64,000 nucleotides of DNA from an uncultured Bacteroides sp. (GCA_963931635.1 OZ007034.1:2521285-2585284); one strand, 5' to 3'. Shown: positions 20,356-30,504, numbered from the stretch's first letter. Notes: generated by a model from the letters alone, not told the origin. Program-made: numbers and translations.

Positions 20356-21771
20356 ATGCAAAAACTCCTCATATCCATACTTGTAACGGGACTTTTGTCG
20401 GCAACCGGCACCGTTCGTGCCGGCTCATACACACCGATTGATACCACAAGCCACCCGGCACCTACCCACTTCTCAACCGGCATTTCGACAGGGAACAGAC
20501 TTTACTACCGCCCACTCTTTGACGAACGACAGCAACGCAAACTCGACGCACAAACGTCAAAAGAATGGTTTAAGATGACCCACATTGCCGGTCCGCTTAT
20601 AATAAGCGGGGTCGCCTTTGAATGGGCCAAACAACCCATCAACGACCTGCGCAACGCTTATGTCCCCAACTTCCGGCACAAATACGACGATTACCTGCAA
20701 TATGCCCCGGCAGCACTTATGCTTGGACTGAAAGTCGGAGGCGTGAAAAGTTACAGTTCGTGGGGACGTATGCTCACTGCCGATGCCTTCTCCGTTGCCA
20801 TAATGGCCACCTTTGTCAATGGCATCAAATACACAGCCAAGTCACAACGGCCTAACTCAGGAAGCCACAACTCTTTTCCGTCGGGACACACGGCAACCGC
20901 CTTCATGGCAGCTACCATGCTACACAAAGAATACGGAATGCGCAGTCCCTGGTACAGCGTGGCCGGCTACACCATAGCCACTGCTACCGCCTACTCCCGA
21001 CTGCTCAACAACCGGCACTGGATTTCGGACGTACTGGCCGGTGCTGGTATCGGTATCTTGTCGACCGAACTGGGATATTGGATTACCGGCTTAATATTTA
21101 AAGATAAAGGTATTGAATGGGGACAATATGACTATGATACGACCTTCCCCGACCGCACACCCTCATTTATCGGCCTCTACACCGGCTATGTATTCATGCC
21201 CCATGAAATACAGCTATCCGACGGACTGGTATTCCACACCTCGCCAGGCGCCAGTTCGGGTATAGAAGGAGCCTGGTTTATAAACAATTATGTAGGTGTA
21301 GGAGGCAAAGCTATTGCCTCTCACGTGCTTACACAGTTGCAGAGAGATGCCACCTTTGCCTCCTACATGAAACTCCCCAACACCCAGATTACCGAGAATG
21401 GCATGGATTTTATTTCGGCCGCTATTGGTGCCTATTTCGATTGCGCACTGACTTATCGCTGGTCTGTGGGTAGTAAATTATTGGCCGGATATTCATTTGC
21501 CGATGCCCAGACACTCTATCTCACATCTGACGACAATGAGAATAAAACTCCGTTTTTCAAACTGAAAGAGATGCATGCACCCAACTTTCAAACGGGACTC
21601 AGCCTCTCTTATTGGGCCAAATTGAAATTGGGATTCAGACTCTTTTTCGATTATACCCTCACTCCTACCCGATACCGTTATTATTTTGCCGACCAACCGG
21701 ATGCTGTAACGAGCATAAATAAAAATCTGTCTTCCTTTACCTTGGGAGCATCGGTCAATATCCTGCTATAA
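20356..21771 (+). CDS. PAP2-family phosphatase with a C-terminal beta-rich extension of about 220 aa
   Basis: The ATG at 20356 gives signal peptide MQKLLISILVTGLLSATGTVRA. PAP2 motifs are KSQRPNSG, PSGHTATAF and SRLLNNRHWISDVLAG within about 6 TM helices. This is followed by about 220 aa with an alternating beta-strand pattern. The ORF-track start at 20332 is a TTG. Confidence 0.8.
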   Translation: MQKLLISILVTGLLSATGTVRAGSYTPIDTTSHPAPTHFSTGISTGNRLYYRPLFDERQQRKLDAQTSKEWFKMTHIAGPLIISGVAFEWAKQPINDLRNAYVPNFRHKYDDYLQYAPAALMLGLKVGGVKSYSSWGRMLTADAFSVAIMATFVNGIKYTAKSQRPNSGSHNSFPSGHTATAFMAATMLHKEYGMRSPWYSVAGYTIATATAYSRLLNNRHWISDVLAGAGIGILSTELGYWITGLIFKDKGIEWGQYDYDTTFPDRTPSFIGLYTGYVFMPHEIQLSDGLVFHTSPGASSGIEGAWFINNYVGVGGKAIASHVLTQLQRDATFASYMKLPNTQITENGMDFISAAIGAYFDCALTYRWSVGSKLLAGYSFADAQTLYLTSDDNENKTPFFKLKEMHAPNFQTGLSLSYWAKLKLGFRLFFDYTLTPTRYRYYFADQPDAVTSINKNLSSFTLGASVNILL

Positions 21772-21809
21772 ACGGGCATGCATTCCATGTAAATAATCGG
21801 TAAGTAACG

Positions 21810-22698
21810 TCAGTTGGCCCCCAAACAAAACGGAGTTACCTCTTTCTGCGAAAACCAACGCCTAATACGCTGCCCCAGTTGAGTCTCTTGTGCATGACGG
21901 GCAAGAATTCTTCTCATGGTACTATCGCTACACTAGATCGCGTGTTGATACAGCCTTTGCCACAGAGCACAACCTATCAACCGTATCTTGCGGTATCTTC
22001 ATCCGAGAAAGAATAGCTCGGTAAAACGACAAGCTAATTGATTCGTACCGCACACTCCGTGCGTAATATTGTGACAGATTGACCGCTATATCTTTAAACG
22101 AATAGGTAATTTCATGACTCAGCGTAAATATACGATTTTCTGCCGGGACATTTCCGGCCACATAAGGATATATGGCATCGGCAACATCGTACACTGAAAC
22201 AAATGCAATGCGCCCGTTACCGGCAGGATAATATATGCCACTGGCCTGATTGGTACCAATAAGCAGCGGTAAATTTTCCATGAAAATATTCACCCGGAAA
22301 ATGATATAAGGAATGCCACAAGCTCTGATGCACATTTCCGTTTCTCTATTCTCATGCATCGGAAGTGACGCAGAATCACTGTTTCCGACCGAACTGACAA
22401 ACACCACTTTCTTAACTCCGGAGACAGCTGCTTCGTGCAGAATATTGACATAGAACGAACGGTGGTCGGAAAACAAATTAAATGAACACAGAAACAACGT
22501 ATCCACCCCTTGCAAGGCGTTACCGAGCGAAATCGGGTCATAAAACGGAGCTACGAAGGGTACAAAACCGTCGTCACGGCATAATTGCCCGCAATAAGTT
22601 TCCAGCACACGCACCAGCGCATGCTCTTTTCTTCTTGACAACAATTGCAACATGGCATACCCCACGGGTGAATTTGCAACATCTGAAATCAAAATCAT
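21810..22698 (-). pseudogene. NmrA-like / atypical SDR (NAD(P)H-binding-fold) protein with a +1 frameshift at 21930
   Basis: The 256-aa ORF (22698-21928) has the family pattern VDTLFLCS, AAVSGVKKVVFVSSVG, GIPYIIFRVNIFMENL and YYPAGNGRIAFVSVYDVADA. Omitting base 21930 lets the reading continue ...AVSTRDLV-SDSTMRRILARHAQETQLGQRIRRWF... to a stop at 21810-21812. That gives the usual family length of about 294 aa. Confidence 0.65.
21930..21948 (+). repeat. 19-nt direct repeat, copy 2 (acactagatcgcgtgttga), at the NmrA-like frame break
   Basis: Identical to 19932-19950. Its first base (21930) is the base whose omission restores the NmrA-like frame. Confidence 0.95.
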
Positions 22699-22743
22699 AG
22701 TGAGAGGATTTGCAAGAAAAACACCTCTCCTACCCGATTTGTT

Positions 22744-24094
22744 TCATTCATTCACCACCTTTCGCGGTAACGAAATCTTAAGAATGAGATAACCGATAAT
22801 TCCCGACAACAACGAACCAGCCAAAATACCAAGTTTGGCCTGACTCAGTAAACATAATATTTGCCTCACTGTCAAGCGGGAAAGACAAATTGGCAATAAA
22901 CAGTGATACAGTAAAACCTATTCCTCCCAATGCCGATACACCAGCTACCATAGGCCATGTTGCCACAGATGGCATTTTCACCCAACCCAATGCCACAGGT
23001 ATATATGAGAAGAGCATGATGCCGATGAATTTTCCGGCTACCAAAGCCACCCACACCGAAAGGCTAATACCTTGAAAAAGTGAAGAGAAAGCTATTCCTG
23101 ACAAGGAAATGCCAGCATTGGCAAAGGCAAAAAGAGGAATAATCAAATAGTTAACAAGCGGATGTAATGTATCTTCCAAGTCTTGCAACGGGCTTATCAC
23201 CTTGTCCGAAGCCGATTCTACACTTTTCAAAGCATTCATCTGTTCAGACGAAAGGATATAGGTCTCACCCCGTCTGACAGGCTTTGCTTGCGGGAAATCC
23301 TTCACTGCTTCGCATATTTCATCTATGAAATGGCGCGTATTCATCACCGGGTGGGCAGGCACACAAAAGGCTGCCAACACACCGGCTATGGTGGGATGTA
23401 TGCCTGAATGAAGAAAAAAATACCACACAATCACCGCACCAAGAAGATAAAAAAGCTTACTGTTGATATGCAACCGCGACCCCAAAAGCATCAGAGCAAG
23501 CACCCCGATGGAATAGAGTAACCACATAGCCGAGAGTTCCTCGGTATAAAAAACAGCAATGACCAAGATACCGCCTATATCATCGGCCACAGCCAAGGTT
23601 GCCAGAAATATTTTCAATCCGATAGGGACTCTCTTTCCAAACATACTTAAAATGCCCAATGAGAATGCGATATCGGTAGCCATAGGTATGGCACTCCCTT
23701 GTAAAACTGTCGCGTCGGACGACATTAACCGATATATTGTTATAGGCATTATGATACCACCAACAGCGGCTATGACCGGCAAAAGGGCCTTTTTTATCGA
23801 GGACAACTCTCCCACCAGGACCTCTCGCTTTATTTCCAAACCCACGGAGAAGAAAAACACCGCCATCAAGGCATCATTGATTACCTGCATCAGAGTCATC
23901 GGGTGACCCTGATGTTCAAAAAGATTGAAGCCTCCGATTTGAAATAGAACAGGCTGTTGCCACCACGAAAAATAGAGAGCCTGCCACGGACTGTTAGCCA
24001 CAACCATAGCCAACACCGTAACAGCAATCAGTACATAACCGCCATTGGCATAATTGTGTAACGACTTGCGCAAAGCATAGATGCGGTCTATCAT
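22744..24094 (-). pseudogene. nhaA: Na+/H+ antiporter NhaA with a frameshift in the last ~35 codons (real or assembly error)
   Basis: The 438-aa ORF (24094-22778) is NhaA-like throughout (…FFFSVGLEIKREVLVGELS…ATLAVADDIGGILVIAVFYT…) and ends in the aberrant tail NIMFTESGQTWYFGWFVVVGNYRLSHS. Removing one T from ATGTTTACTG (plus-strand A-run 22850-22852) gives EANIMLLSQAKLGILAGSLLSGIIGYLILKISLPRKVVNE, with a stop at 22744-22746. Confidence 0.85.
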
Positions 24095-24155
24095 TTTTTC
24101 TTAGTTTCTCCGATAAAACAATCCCGGCCTCATTTAGTTTGTTTCGGCGTCAACA

Positions 24156-25943
24156 TCAGTCAAGTTTCAGCACGGCCAAGAAAGCTTTTTGAGGCACTTC
24201 AACCGTACCAATTTGCTTCATGCGTTTTTTACCTTTCTTCTGCTTCTCCAACAATTTACGCTTACGGCTGATATCGCCTCCATAACATTTGGCCGTCACA
24301 TCTTTACGCACGGCTTTGACGGTCTCTCGGGCTATAATCTTGGCACCGATGGCAGCCTGTATGGCAATATCGAATTGTTGACGGGGTATCAGTTCTTTGA
24401 GTTTTTCACACATGCGACGACCGAAGCTCACGGCATTGTCGGCATGGGTCAAGGTCGAGAGTGCATCGACAGACTCTCCGTTGAGCAAAATATCAAGTTT
24501 CACCAATTTCGACGGGCGAAAATCGTGCAGATGATAATCGAACGATGCATATCCTTTTGAAATGCTTTTCAACTTATCATAAAAATCAATCACTATTTCT
24601 CCCAGTGGCAAGTCATATATAAGTTCTACACGATTTCCAGAAATATATTCCTGTTTTACCAACTCACCACGTTTGCCCAGACACAAGGTCATGATAGGCC
24701 CTATATAGTCGGTTACCGTAATGACAGAAGCTCTTATGTATGGTTCTTCGATATGGTCGATGAGCGTAATGTCGGGCAATCCCGAGGGATTATGCACCTC
24801 AATCATGTTTCCTTTCTTGTCGTACACTTTATAGGAAACATTGGGTACAGTGGTAATAACGTCCATATCAAACTCACGGTCGAGTCGTTCTTGAACAATT
24901 TCCATATGAAGAAGTCCCAAAAATCCACAACGGAAACCAAATCCGAGAGCTACGGAAGACTCGGGTTGGAAGGTAAGAGAGGCATCGTTGAGTTGCAATT
25001 TTTCAAGGGACGAACGCAAATCCTCAAAATCCTCACTTTCAATAGGATAAACACCAGCAAACACCATAGGTTTTACCTCTTCGAACCCATCTATGGCCTC
25101 AGAGCAGGGCCGATCGATGTGTGTAATGGTATCTCCCACTTTCACTTCTCGCGAGGTTTTTATTCCGGATATGATATATCCCACATCGCCTGTACGCAAC
25201 TCCTGGCGAGGCGACATATCGAGTTTTAAGACGCCTATCTCGTCGGCCTCATACTCTTTACCGGTAGCCACAAACTTCACCTTGTCGCCGGTATGTATCA
25301 CACCGTTCACTATCTTGAAATAAGCTATAATACCTCTAAAAGAATTGAATACAGAGTCGAATATCAAACATTGCAAAGGAGCCTCCGGATCTCCGTCAGG
25401 AGCCGGCACTCGCTCAACAATGGCATTTAGTATCTCCTCGACTCCTTGTCCGGTCTTTCCACTTGCCCGCAATATCTCTTCCCGTTTGCAACCAAGCAAC
25501 TCTACGATCTGGTCTTCGACCTCATCGGGCATGGCGCTGTCGAGATCTATCTTGTTCATGACCGGAATAATTTCGAGATCATTCTCAATAGCCATATACA
25601 GGTTCGATATAGTCTGTGCTTGTATTCCCTGCGATGCATCTACAATCAGCAACGCACCTTCACAAGCAGCTATTGAACGCGATACTTCGTACGAAAAATC
25701 GACATGGCCCGGAGTGTCTATCAGGTTGAGAATATAATTTTCACCCTTGTACATATACTCCATCTGTATGGCATGACTTTTAATCGTAATGCCACGTTCC
25801 CTCTCCAAATCCATATTATCGAGCACCTGATCTTGCAGGTCTTTGGGTGCGATGGTGTGGGTAAATTCCAACAGACGGTCGGCCAAGGTACTTTTACCAT
25901 GGTCGATATGGGCTATAATGCAGAAATTGCGTATATTCTTCAT
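24156..25943 (-). CDS. lepA: Translation elongation factor 4
   Basis: The ATG at 25943 gives [25 protein letters not shown], then [11 protein letters not shown] and [11 protein letters not shown], with the LepA C-terminal domain. The ORF-track start at 25955 is a TTG. Confidence 0.96.
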   Translation of the reverse strand: MKNIRNFCIIAHIDHGKSTLADRLLEFTHTIAPKDLQDQVLDNMDLERERGITIKSHAIQMEYMYKGENYILNLIDTPGHVDFSYEVSRSIAACEGALLIVDASQGIQAQTISNLYMAIENDLEIIPVMNKIDLDSAMPDEVEDQIVELLGCKREEILRASGKTGQGVEEILNAIVERVPAPDGDPEAPLQCLIFDSVFNSFRGIIAYFKIVNGVIHTGDKVKFVATGKEYEADEIGVLKLDMSPRQELRTGDVGYIISGIKTSREVKVGDTITHIDRPCSEAIDGFEEVKPMVFAGVYPIESEDFEDLRSSLEKLQLNDASLTFQPESSVALGFGFRCGFLGLLHMEIVQERLDREFDMDVITTVPNVSYKVYDKKGNMIEVHNPSGLPDITLIDHIEEPYIRASVITVTDYIGPIMTLCLGKRGELVKQEYISGNRVELIYDLPLGEIVIDFYDKLKSISKGYASFDYHLHDFRPSKLVKLDILLNGESVDALSTLTHADNAVSFGRRMCEKLKELIPRQQFDIAIQAAIGAKIIARETVKAVRKDVTAKCYGGDISRKRKLLEKQKKGKKRMKQIGTVEVPQKAFLAVLKLD

Positions 25944-25968
25944 TCTACGGTTCAAATAGATTTCAGTA

Positions 25969-25976
25969 CAAAGGTA
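25969..25976 (-). promoter_or_regulatory. -7 box (TAnnTTTG) for lepA
   Basis: Plus strand reads caaaggta, which is TACCTTTG on the minus strand, 26 nt upstream of the ATG at 25943. Confidence 0.5.
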
Positions 25977-26029
25977 AAGAAAAAAGGCGAATTAAAAAAA
26001 GAGCTTTGCGTGCTCCCTACCGTGTGATA

Positions 26030-27253
26030 TCAAGACTTCATCGAAGAGTTGGAACAGATATTTGACAATTTTATATCTTGGATATCAAGCCCCGAAGGAC
26101 GTTGGTATATACGTAAACCAAACTCGGGGAGCATGGCCAGCAGGTGATCAAAAATTTCGCCCTGGCTATTTTCATAACATATCCAATTGGTGTCCCGGGT
26201 AAAGCAGTAGACTTCCAAAGGAATACCCTCAGCAGTCGGTTGCATCATACGCACCATCTGCAACATCTCGGCATGGATATACGGAGAGTTCTTCAGATAG
26301 TTCAAAACATATTTTCTATACACGTAAAGATTGACAAGGCGCCCCTTAGCCTCGTCGGTTTCATCAATCCAATGTTGTTCCTTAAAATGTCGGCATTCTT
26401 CGGCCGTACAGAAGCGCACCGATGGTGCATCAATAAGGAGTGAACGCTTTATGCGTCTTCCTCCACAATCATACATGCCTCGCCAGTTCTGAAATGAATC
26501 GCTGACCAATGCATACGGCGGTATCGTTGTGATGGTTTTATCGAAATTCTGGATTTTCACCGTTGTGAGTGTAACCTCAGTAACGTAACCATCAGCGCCA
26601 TATTTACTCATGGTTATCCAATCGCCCGGACGTAACATGTCATTGGCCGACAGTTGCACGCCGGCCACCAGTCCCAAGATACTGTCTTTGAAAATCAACA
26701 TCAGTATGGCTGCCGAAGCACCCAGACCTGCCAGTATCGTTGTCGCATTTTTGCCAAGAAGTACGCTTATAATGAGTATCACACCGATGCAGCCCGATAT
26801 GAGAACCACCATTTGGTAAACTCCCTTCAAAGGGCGGGAACGCAAGGTTTCGTTCATGCTCGAAATCTTGTACAACGTTCCCATCACCGTGTTGATGAGC
26901 ATCAACGAAACAATGATAAGATATATCTGCGTAATGCGCAAACAGATATCCAGAAAATACGGTTCGCCTTTAAACGCAACGGGCAGGAACAAATACCATA
27001 CGACAGGAGGTATGATGCGGGCAGCCTTGTGCAAAACTTCATCTTTGAAAAGATGATCGTCCCACTGAATTTTTGTGCGGTGACTTATCTTCTGCAATAC
27101 AGGGATAAAGAAGTGCCGAAATATTTTTGCCAACAAAAGGGTTAGCAGCCAAATAATGAGAAGCCAAACGACTCTTTTTCCCCATTCAATTTCCATTTGA
27201 CTCCATTCAAATCTGAGGAAGAAGCGCTCGATTTCATTTTCCAGCCAATCCAT
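26030..27253 (-). CDS. Mechanosensitive ion channel (MscS family)
   Basis: 407 aa. N-terminal TM helices, pore-helix region LAGLGASAAILMLIFKDSILGLVAGVQLS and beta domain GDWITM...GYVTEVTLTTVKIQNFDKTITTIPPYALVS. Confidence 0.85.
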   Translation of the reverse strand: MDWLENEIERFFLRFEWSQMEIEWGKRVVWLLIIWLLTLLLAKIFRHFFIPVLQKISHRTKIQWDDHLFKDEVLHKAARIIPPVVWYLFLPVAFKGEPYFLDICLRITQIYLIIVSLMLINTVMGTLYKISSMNETLRSRPLKGVYQMVVLISGCIGVILIISVLLGKNATTILAGLGASAAILMLIFKDSILGLVAGVQLSANDMLRPGDWITMSKYGADGYVTEVTLTTVKIQNFDKTITTIPPYALVSDSFQNWRGMYDCGGRRIKRSLLIDAPSVRFCTAEECRHFKEQHWIDETDEAKGRLVNLYVYRKYVLNYLKNSPYIHAEMLQMVRMMQPTAEGIPLEVYCFTRDTNWICYENSQGEIFDHLLAMLPEFGLRIYQRPSGLDIQDIKLSNICSNSSMKS

Positions 27254-27302
27254 TTTTAGAAAAATTTTCAGAAAGATCTATCAACCCATATTCAACCGTT
27301 CT

Positions 27303-28691
27303 CTATTTCACCATCGACGCAATTACCGCCATAATATCCGAAGCCTTCTGCTCTGCCAATTCGGTTGTAGCCGCCTCAGCATAGACTCGGATTATAGGTT
27401 CGGTATTCGACTTGCGAAGATGTACCCAACCATCGGGAAAATCGATTTTCACTCCGTCGATATCGGTAACCTCATACGCGGCATACTTTACTTTTACGGC
27501 TTGAAGCAAAGCATCTACATCGATAGCCGGCGTGAGATCAATGCGCTGTTTGGTCATGGCATATGAAGGGTATGTAGCCCGCAACTCACTTACGCGTTTC
27601 TTCTCTTTGGCCAGATGGGTCAGGAACAAGGCTATGCCCACCAAGGCATCTCGGCCGTAATGGCTTTCCGGATAGATTACTCCACCGTTGCCCTCACCAC
27701 CTATTACAGCCCCGGTTTCCTTCATCTTGGCTACCACATTCACTTCTCCTACGGCTGCCGCATTATATGCACCACCGTGTGCCAGAGTTACGTCGCGCAA
27801 CGCCCGTGACGAACTGAGATTAGACACCGTATTGCCAGGGGTATGACGTAAAACATAGTCGGCCACAGAAACAAGGGTGTACTCCTCGCCAAACATCTCG
27901 CCGTTCTCACAGACAATAGCCAATCGGTCTACATCGGGATCGACCACAAAACCGACATCGGCCACACCGCTTTTCATCAAATCGGATATTTCGGTCAAAT
28001 GCTGTGGAAGCGGCTCTGGGTTATGAGGGAAGTGTCCGTCGGGCTGACAATTGAGACGAATGATTTTCTTCACGCCCAAAGCTTCGAGCAATGCCGGGAT
28101 AGCCAGACCACCTACCGAGTTCACACAGTCAATAGCTACCGAGAAATTAGCCTTTGCAATAGCATCAACATCGACCAATTTCAGAGACAATACATTATCT
28201 ATATGCCTCTTTATTGATGAGTTATCTGTTTTTACATGTCCCAAGTTCTCGATATCAGCAAAAGTGAAATCCTCGGACTCCGCTATGTGTAACACTTCAT
28301 TACCTTCTGCGGCATTCAAGAATTCGCCCCGTTGATTCAGAAGTTTCAGGGCATTCCACTGTTTGGGATTGTGGCTGGCAGTCAATATGATTCCTCCACA
28401 GGCCGACTCCCAGGTAACAGCCAGTTCGGTCGTAGGGGTTGTTGCCAAGCCCAGGTCGACGACATCAAAGCCCATACCCATAAGAGTACCTATCACGCAA
28501 TGAGCTACCATTTCGCCCGAGACACGAGCATCACGACCCACGACAATTTTTCGTACGGGCAATGTTGCCGTACGCTGGATAAATGTGGCATAAGCCGCTG
28601 TAAACTTGACAATGTCGAGAGGATTCAACCCTTCACCGGCTTTACCTCCGATGGTACCTCTGATTCCTGAAATAGACTTAATCAACGACAT
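27303..28691 (-). CDS. glmM: Phosphoglucosamine mutase (alpha-D-phosphohexomutase family)
   Basis: 462 aa. MSLIKSISGIRGTIGG, active-site loop TASHNPKQWNA and metal loop DPDVDR. Confidence 0.88.
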   Translation of the reverse strand: MSLIKSISGIRGTIGGKAGEGLNPLDIVKFTAAYATFIQRTATLPVRKIVVGRDARVSGEMVAHCVIGTLMGMGFDVVDLGLATTPTTELAVTWESACGGIILTASHNPKQWNALKLLNQRGEFLNAAEGNEVLHIAESEDFTFADIENLGHVKTDNSSIKRHIDNVLSLKLVDVDAIAKANFSVAIDCVNSVGGLAIPALLEALGVKKIIRLNCQPDGHFPHNPEPLPQHLTEISDLMKSGVADVGFVVDPDVDRLAIVCENGEMFGEEYTLVSVADYVLRHTPGNTVSNLSSSRALRDVTLAHGGAYNAAAVGEVNVVAKMKETGAVIGGEGNGGVIYPESHYGRDALVGIALFLTHLAKEKKRVSELRATYPSYAMTKQRIDLTPAIDVDALLQAVKVKYAAYEVTDIDGVKIDFPDGWVHLRKSNTEPIIRVYAEAATTELAEQKASDIMAVIASMVK

Positions 28692-28701
28692 AAATGTGAT
28701 A

Positions 28702-29298
28702 TCAATTTTCTTTAAGATTATATTTTATGGTATACAAATAAGGGATAACATCGGATATTTCGCTCGAAAATCCCATTTTCGAGGGGACTACCAGCCGCAG
28801 CAATGCTCCGTTACCAACATATTGCAACGGATACTGTATACCCAATCCATATTCAAAGTACATTGAATAGTTTGACCCGGTCTGTGTCGTGTAGGTAAAA
28901 TAGTATTGGTCGCTGCTGCCACTTGCATCGCTCATGTTTCCCGTTGTCGATATGATACCGTCAGCCCAGTCGGTAAGGCTCATACGTGTATAACGGAAAT
29001 AGACTTTATCACCGGCAACAAAAAAATGACGGGTAGAGTCGAGATAACCTATCGATAAGATTTGCATATAGACTTCATCTTGTAGCCTGTAATAGGGAGG
29101 ATTTTCGGAATTTTCTTCCGTCAGGAAATTCCCGTCGGCAGGGATATCGGCCACCCAACGTCCATCGGAAGTAAGATATTTCTCTATGGCGTTATCCTCC
29201 TCTTCACGCAATTCAATATATGTCTTACCATCATCACATGCCACAAAGGCACACAACGAGAAAAACAACGAGATGGTTACAAACAACTTCATATTCAT
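28702..29298 (-). CDS. Small lipoprotein (DUF4827-like, from memory of the Bacteroides glmM neighbourhood)
   Basis: 198 aa with lipobox LCAFVAC. It sits between glmM and the DHH gene, as I recall in other Bacteroidales. Confidence 0.6.
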   Translation of the reverse strand: MNMKLFVTISLFFSLCAFVACDDGKTYIELREEEDNAIEKYLTSDGRWVADIPADGNFLTEENSENPPYYRLQDEVYMQILSIGYLDSTRHFFVAGDKVYFRYTRMSLTDWADGIISTTGNMSDASGSSDQYYFTYTTQTGSNYSMYFEYGLGIQYPLQYVGNGALLRLVVPSKMGFSSEISDVIPYLYTIKYNLKEN

Positions 29299-29303
29299 AC
29301 TTA

Positions 29304-30344
29304 TTATTCTTTTTGAGATTGATTAGCCAATTCGCCGATAACCGGCAAAATTTCATGTACACGCATACGGGCCTCTTCCAAAGTTCCGTAAAACTCGCCT
29401 CCGGCAGCATTCAGATGTCCGCCACCATTGAAATAGTCCGAAGCTATCTTGTTGGCAGGGAAAGTTCCCTTGGAGCGCAACGATATTTTTATAAGGTTTG
29501 ACTCTTCACGCAAAAATGCCGAAAAGAGAACGTGTTCCATCGAGAGCGGTACATTTACCAGTCCTTCGGTATCACCCTTTTGGTATTTATATTGATTCAA
29601 TTCGCTCTGCGACAAGGTAATCAATGCAGCGCTGTATTCGGGAAATACCTCCATCTTCCGGGTTATGGCATATCCGTTAAGACGAAGTTTATTCTCACTG
29701 TTGGTATTGTGAATGCGGGCATATATCCAGTCCTTGTCGATTCCCTTTTTTATCAACTCGGCAATCGTAATATATATTTCGGGATAATTCGAGTTATAGG
29801 TAAAGTTTCCCGTATCGGTCATCATACCGGTATAAATGGCACTGGCAGCGTCTATCCCCATCTGTTCAAACAGTCCCAAACTGCATATAACCCTGAACAG
29901 CACTTCACAGCTCGATGATATTTCGGGATGAGAAATCGTTATGTCGCAAAACGGAGCAGGATTCAGATGATGATCTATTAATATCTTCTTGGCTTTCGAA
30001 GCTGTCAGTACGGTCTCCATCAAGTTGACACGTTTCGGCTCATTGAAATCAAGACAGAAAATCAAATCGGCATTTTCCAATAGCCGTTGGGCAAAATCGG
30101 TGTATCGTGTATATATAAGAATTTCTTTACACCCTTTCAGAAAGCGCAAACTTGCCGGATAGGCATCGGGCACAATGACAAAAGTGTCCTTTCCTAATGC
30201 CGTTAATGTATGCCACAAAGCCAACGATGACCCTATGGCATCTCCGTCTGGAGCTACATGGCACACAATGACAATACGTTTGGCAGCATCGATGCTGCGA
30301 CTTATGGCATCGGCTTCGCTCCTCGACAGTATTTTAGGAATCAT
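29304..30344 (-). CDS. DHH/DHHA1 phosphoesterase (NrnA-like oligoribonuclease/pAp phosphatase)
   Basis: 346 aa. VCHVAPDGDAIGSSLAL, DHH motif (LIDHHLN) and C-terminal GGGHLNAAGG. Confidence 0.85.
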   Translation of the reverse strand: MIPKILSRSEADAISRSIDAAKRIVIVCHVAPDGDAIGSSLALWHTLTALGKDTFVIVPDAYPASLRFLKGCKEILIYTRYTDFAQRLLENADLIFCLDFNEPKRVNLMETVLTASKAKKILIDHHLNPAPFCDITISHPEISSSCEVLFRVICSLGLFEQMGIDAASAIYTGMMTDTGNFTYNSNYPEIYITIAELIKKGIDKDWIYARIHNTNSENKLRLNGYAITRKMEVFPEYSAALITLSQSELNQYKYQKGDTEGLVNVPLSMEHVLFSAFLREESNLIKISLRSKGTFPANKIASDYFNGGGHLNAAGGEFYGTLEEARMRVHEILPVIGELANQSQKE

Positions 30345-30368
30345 AAATCCATGTTTTTAGTAAGTTTG

Positions 30369-30376
30369 CAAAAATA
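30369..30376 (-). promoter_or_regulatory. -7 box (TAnnTTTG) for the DHH phosphoesterase operon
   Basis: Plus strand reads caaaaata, which is TATTTTTG on the minus strand, 25 nt upstream of the ATG at 30344. Confidence 0.45.
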
Positions 30377-30471
30377 GTCATATTATTTGAGATATTCGAT
30401 AGTTTTAGAAATTGATGATGTCATTTTTTATCTATTAATCATTCCCCAACAACGGGTCCAAAAGAAATTCA

Positions 30472-30479
30472 TACCTTTG
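30472..30479 (+). promoter_or_regulatory. -7 box (TAnnTTTG) for mazG
   Basis: tacctttg, 25 nt upstream of the ATG at 30505. Confidence 0.5.
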
Positions 30480-30504
30480 CAGGCATACTAAAAAACACCC
30501 AACT

